From assembly GCA_041937175.2 (NCBI GenBank), contig CP166615.1, forward strand, positions 768,001 to 832,000: DNA of 64,000 nt. The letters run 5' to 3'. The stretch comes from Limnothrix sp. BL-A-16. Lineage in GTDB: Bacteria; Cyanobacteriota; Cyanobacteriia; CACIAM-69d. The first letter of the stretch is position 1, and every line of letters starts with the position of its first letter. Below, piece by piece: positions 63,296 through 64,000 of this stretch. Under the pieces are notes generated by a model, which did not search any database, was not told the origin of the DNA, and was given only the letters and a program-made list of their open reading frames with translations. Made by a program: the position numbers and the translations under genes.

Positions 63296-63994
63296 CTAGA
63301 CCCGATCGCCAAATAGGGTTCGTCCTAGGCGAATCATGGTGGTTCCCGCTTCTAGGGCGATCGGCCAATCGTTAGACATACCCATCGATCGCTCCGTCAT
63401 GGCCAAGCGTTGCCAAGGTTGGGTTTGGATGTGATCCGCCAGCGATCGGGCTTCGGCAAAAAAGTCCGCTAGTTCCGCCTCGTTTAAGGCCAGGGGGGGA
63501 ATGGCCATCAGTCCTCGAATTTGCAGATGGGGCAACTGATCCAACTCGGGCAAGGCCGCTTGCAGTTCACTCGGCGACCAGCCGGCCTTGTTGGGGTCAG
63601 GCCGCAACTTCACTTGCAGACAAATTTGGGGCGGGCGATCGCGCTCGGCGGCCAGGCGATCGAGCCGTTGGGCCAAGTCGAGTCGATCGACGGAATGAAT
63701 CCAATCAAACAGTTCCAGCGCTTTTTTGGCCTTGTTACTTTGCAGTGGCCCAATTAAGTGCCAGCGAATATCCGTCAGGTCACCGAGGGCGGCGCGTTTT
63801 TCGGCCGCTTCCTGCACACGATTTTCCCCAAAGTCCCGAATCCCGCATTCATAGGCTTCCCGCACGCGATCGGGGCCAAAGGTTTTGGAAACGGCAATTA
63901 ATCGCACCGAGTCCGGCAGGCGATCGCGCAGAAATTCGACCCGCTGGGACAAACGGGGCAGCATAGCCAAAGCCTGCACCCAATCCTGGGACAT
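63296..63994 (-). CDS. pipY: PLP homeostasis protein YggS/PipY
   Basis: LIAVSK, FGENRVQEA, WHLIGPLQSNK, SMGMSND, RLGRTLFG; upstream of sepF-proC. Confidence 0.95.
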   Translation of the reverse strand: MSQDWVQALAMLPRLSQRVEFLRDRLPDSVRLIAVSKTFGPDRVREAYECGIRDFGENRVQEAAEKRAALGDLTDIRWHLIGPLQSNKAKKALELFDWIHSVDRLDLAQRLDRLAAERDRPPQICLQVKLRPDPNKAGWSPSELQAALPELDQLPHLQIRGLMAIPPLALNEAELADFFAEARSLADHIQTQPWQRLAMTERSMGMSNDWPIALEAGTTMIRLGRTLFGDRV

Positions 63995-64000
63995 AGACGG

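Overview
Chromosomal window from a cyanobacterium. Evidence: very dense HIP1 GCGATCGC sites, petM, ndhD, cphB, class II fbaA and pipY-sepF-proC. A filamentous, Limnothrix-like organism is my inference only. Most of the window is housekeeping: tRNA-Gly/Lys/Glu, moeA, xseB, ndhD, tsaE, cdsA, NAD kinase, alpha-amylase, rpiA, cphB, petM, fbaA, panD, dusB, TPP riboswitch-thiC, a VanX-type dipeptidase, proC, sepF and pipY. Accessory parts are: (1) a DUF433/PIN toxin-antitoxin pair beside tRNA-Gly; (2) an AT-rich polysaccharide cluster at 13-18 kb; (3) an AT-rich two-component cassette at 25.8-30 kb, bracketed by the N-terminal and C-terminal remnants of an IS5 transposase; (4) MITE/REP-like elements, one nested exactly in the central hairpin of another; (5) most notably, a tandem leucine-rich-repeat array at 53.9-58.9 kb. 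The array is an A-B-(deleted A)-B duplication beside a REPIN-like element. Its two LRR-only B genes share near-identical end repeats but differ in the central repeats, mostly at predicted binding-surface positions, like a diversifying receptor repertoire. Two apparent frameshifts in G/C runs could be assembly errors. All calls were made by eye; no searches were run.
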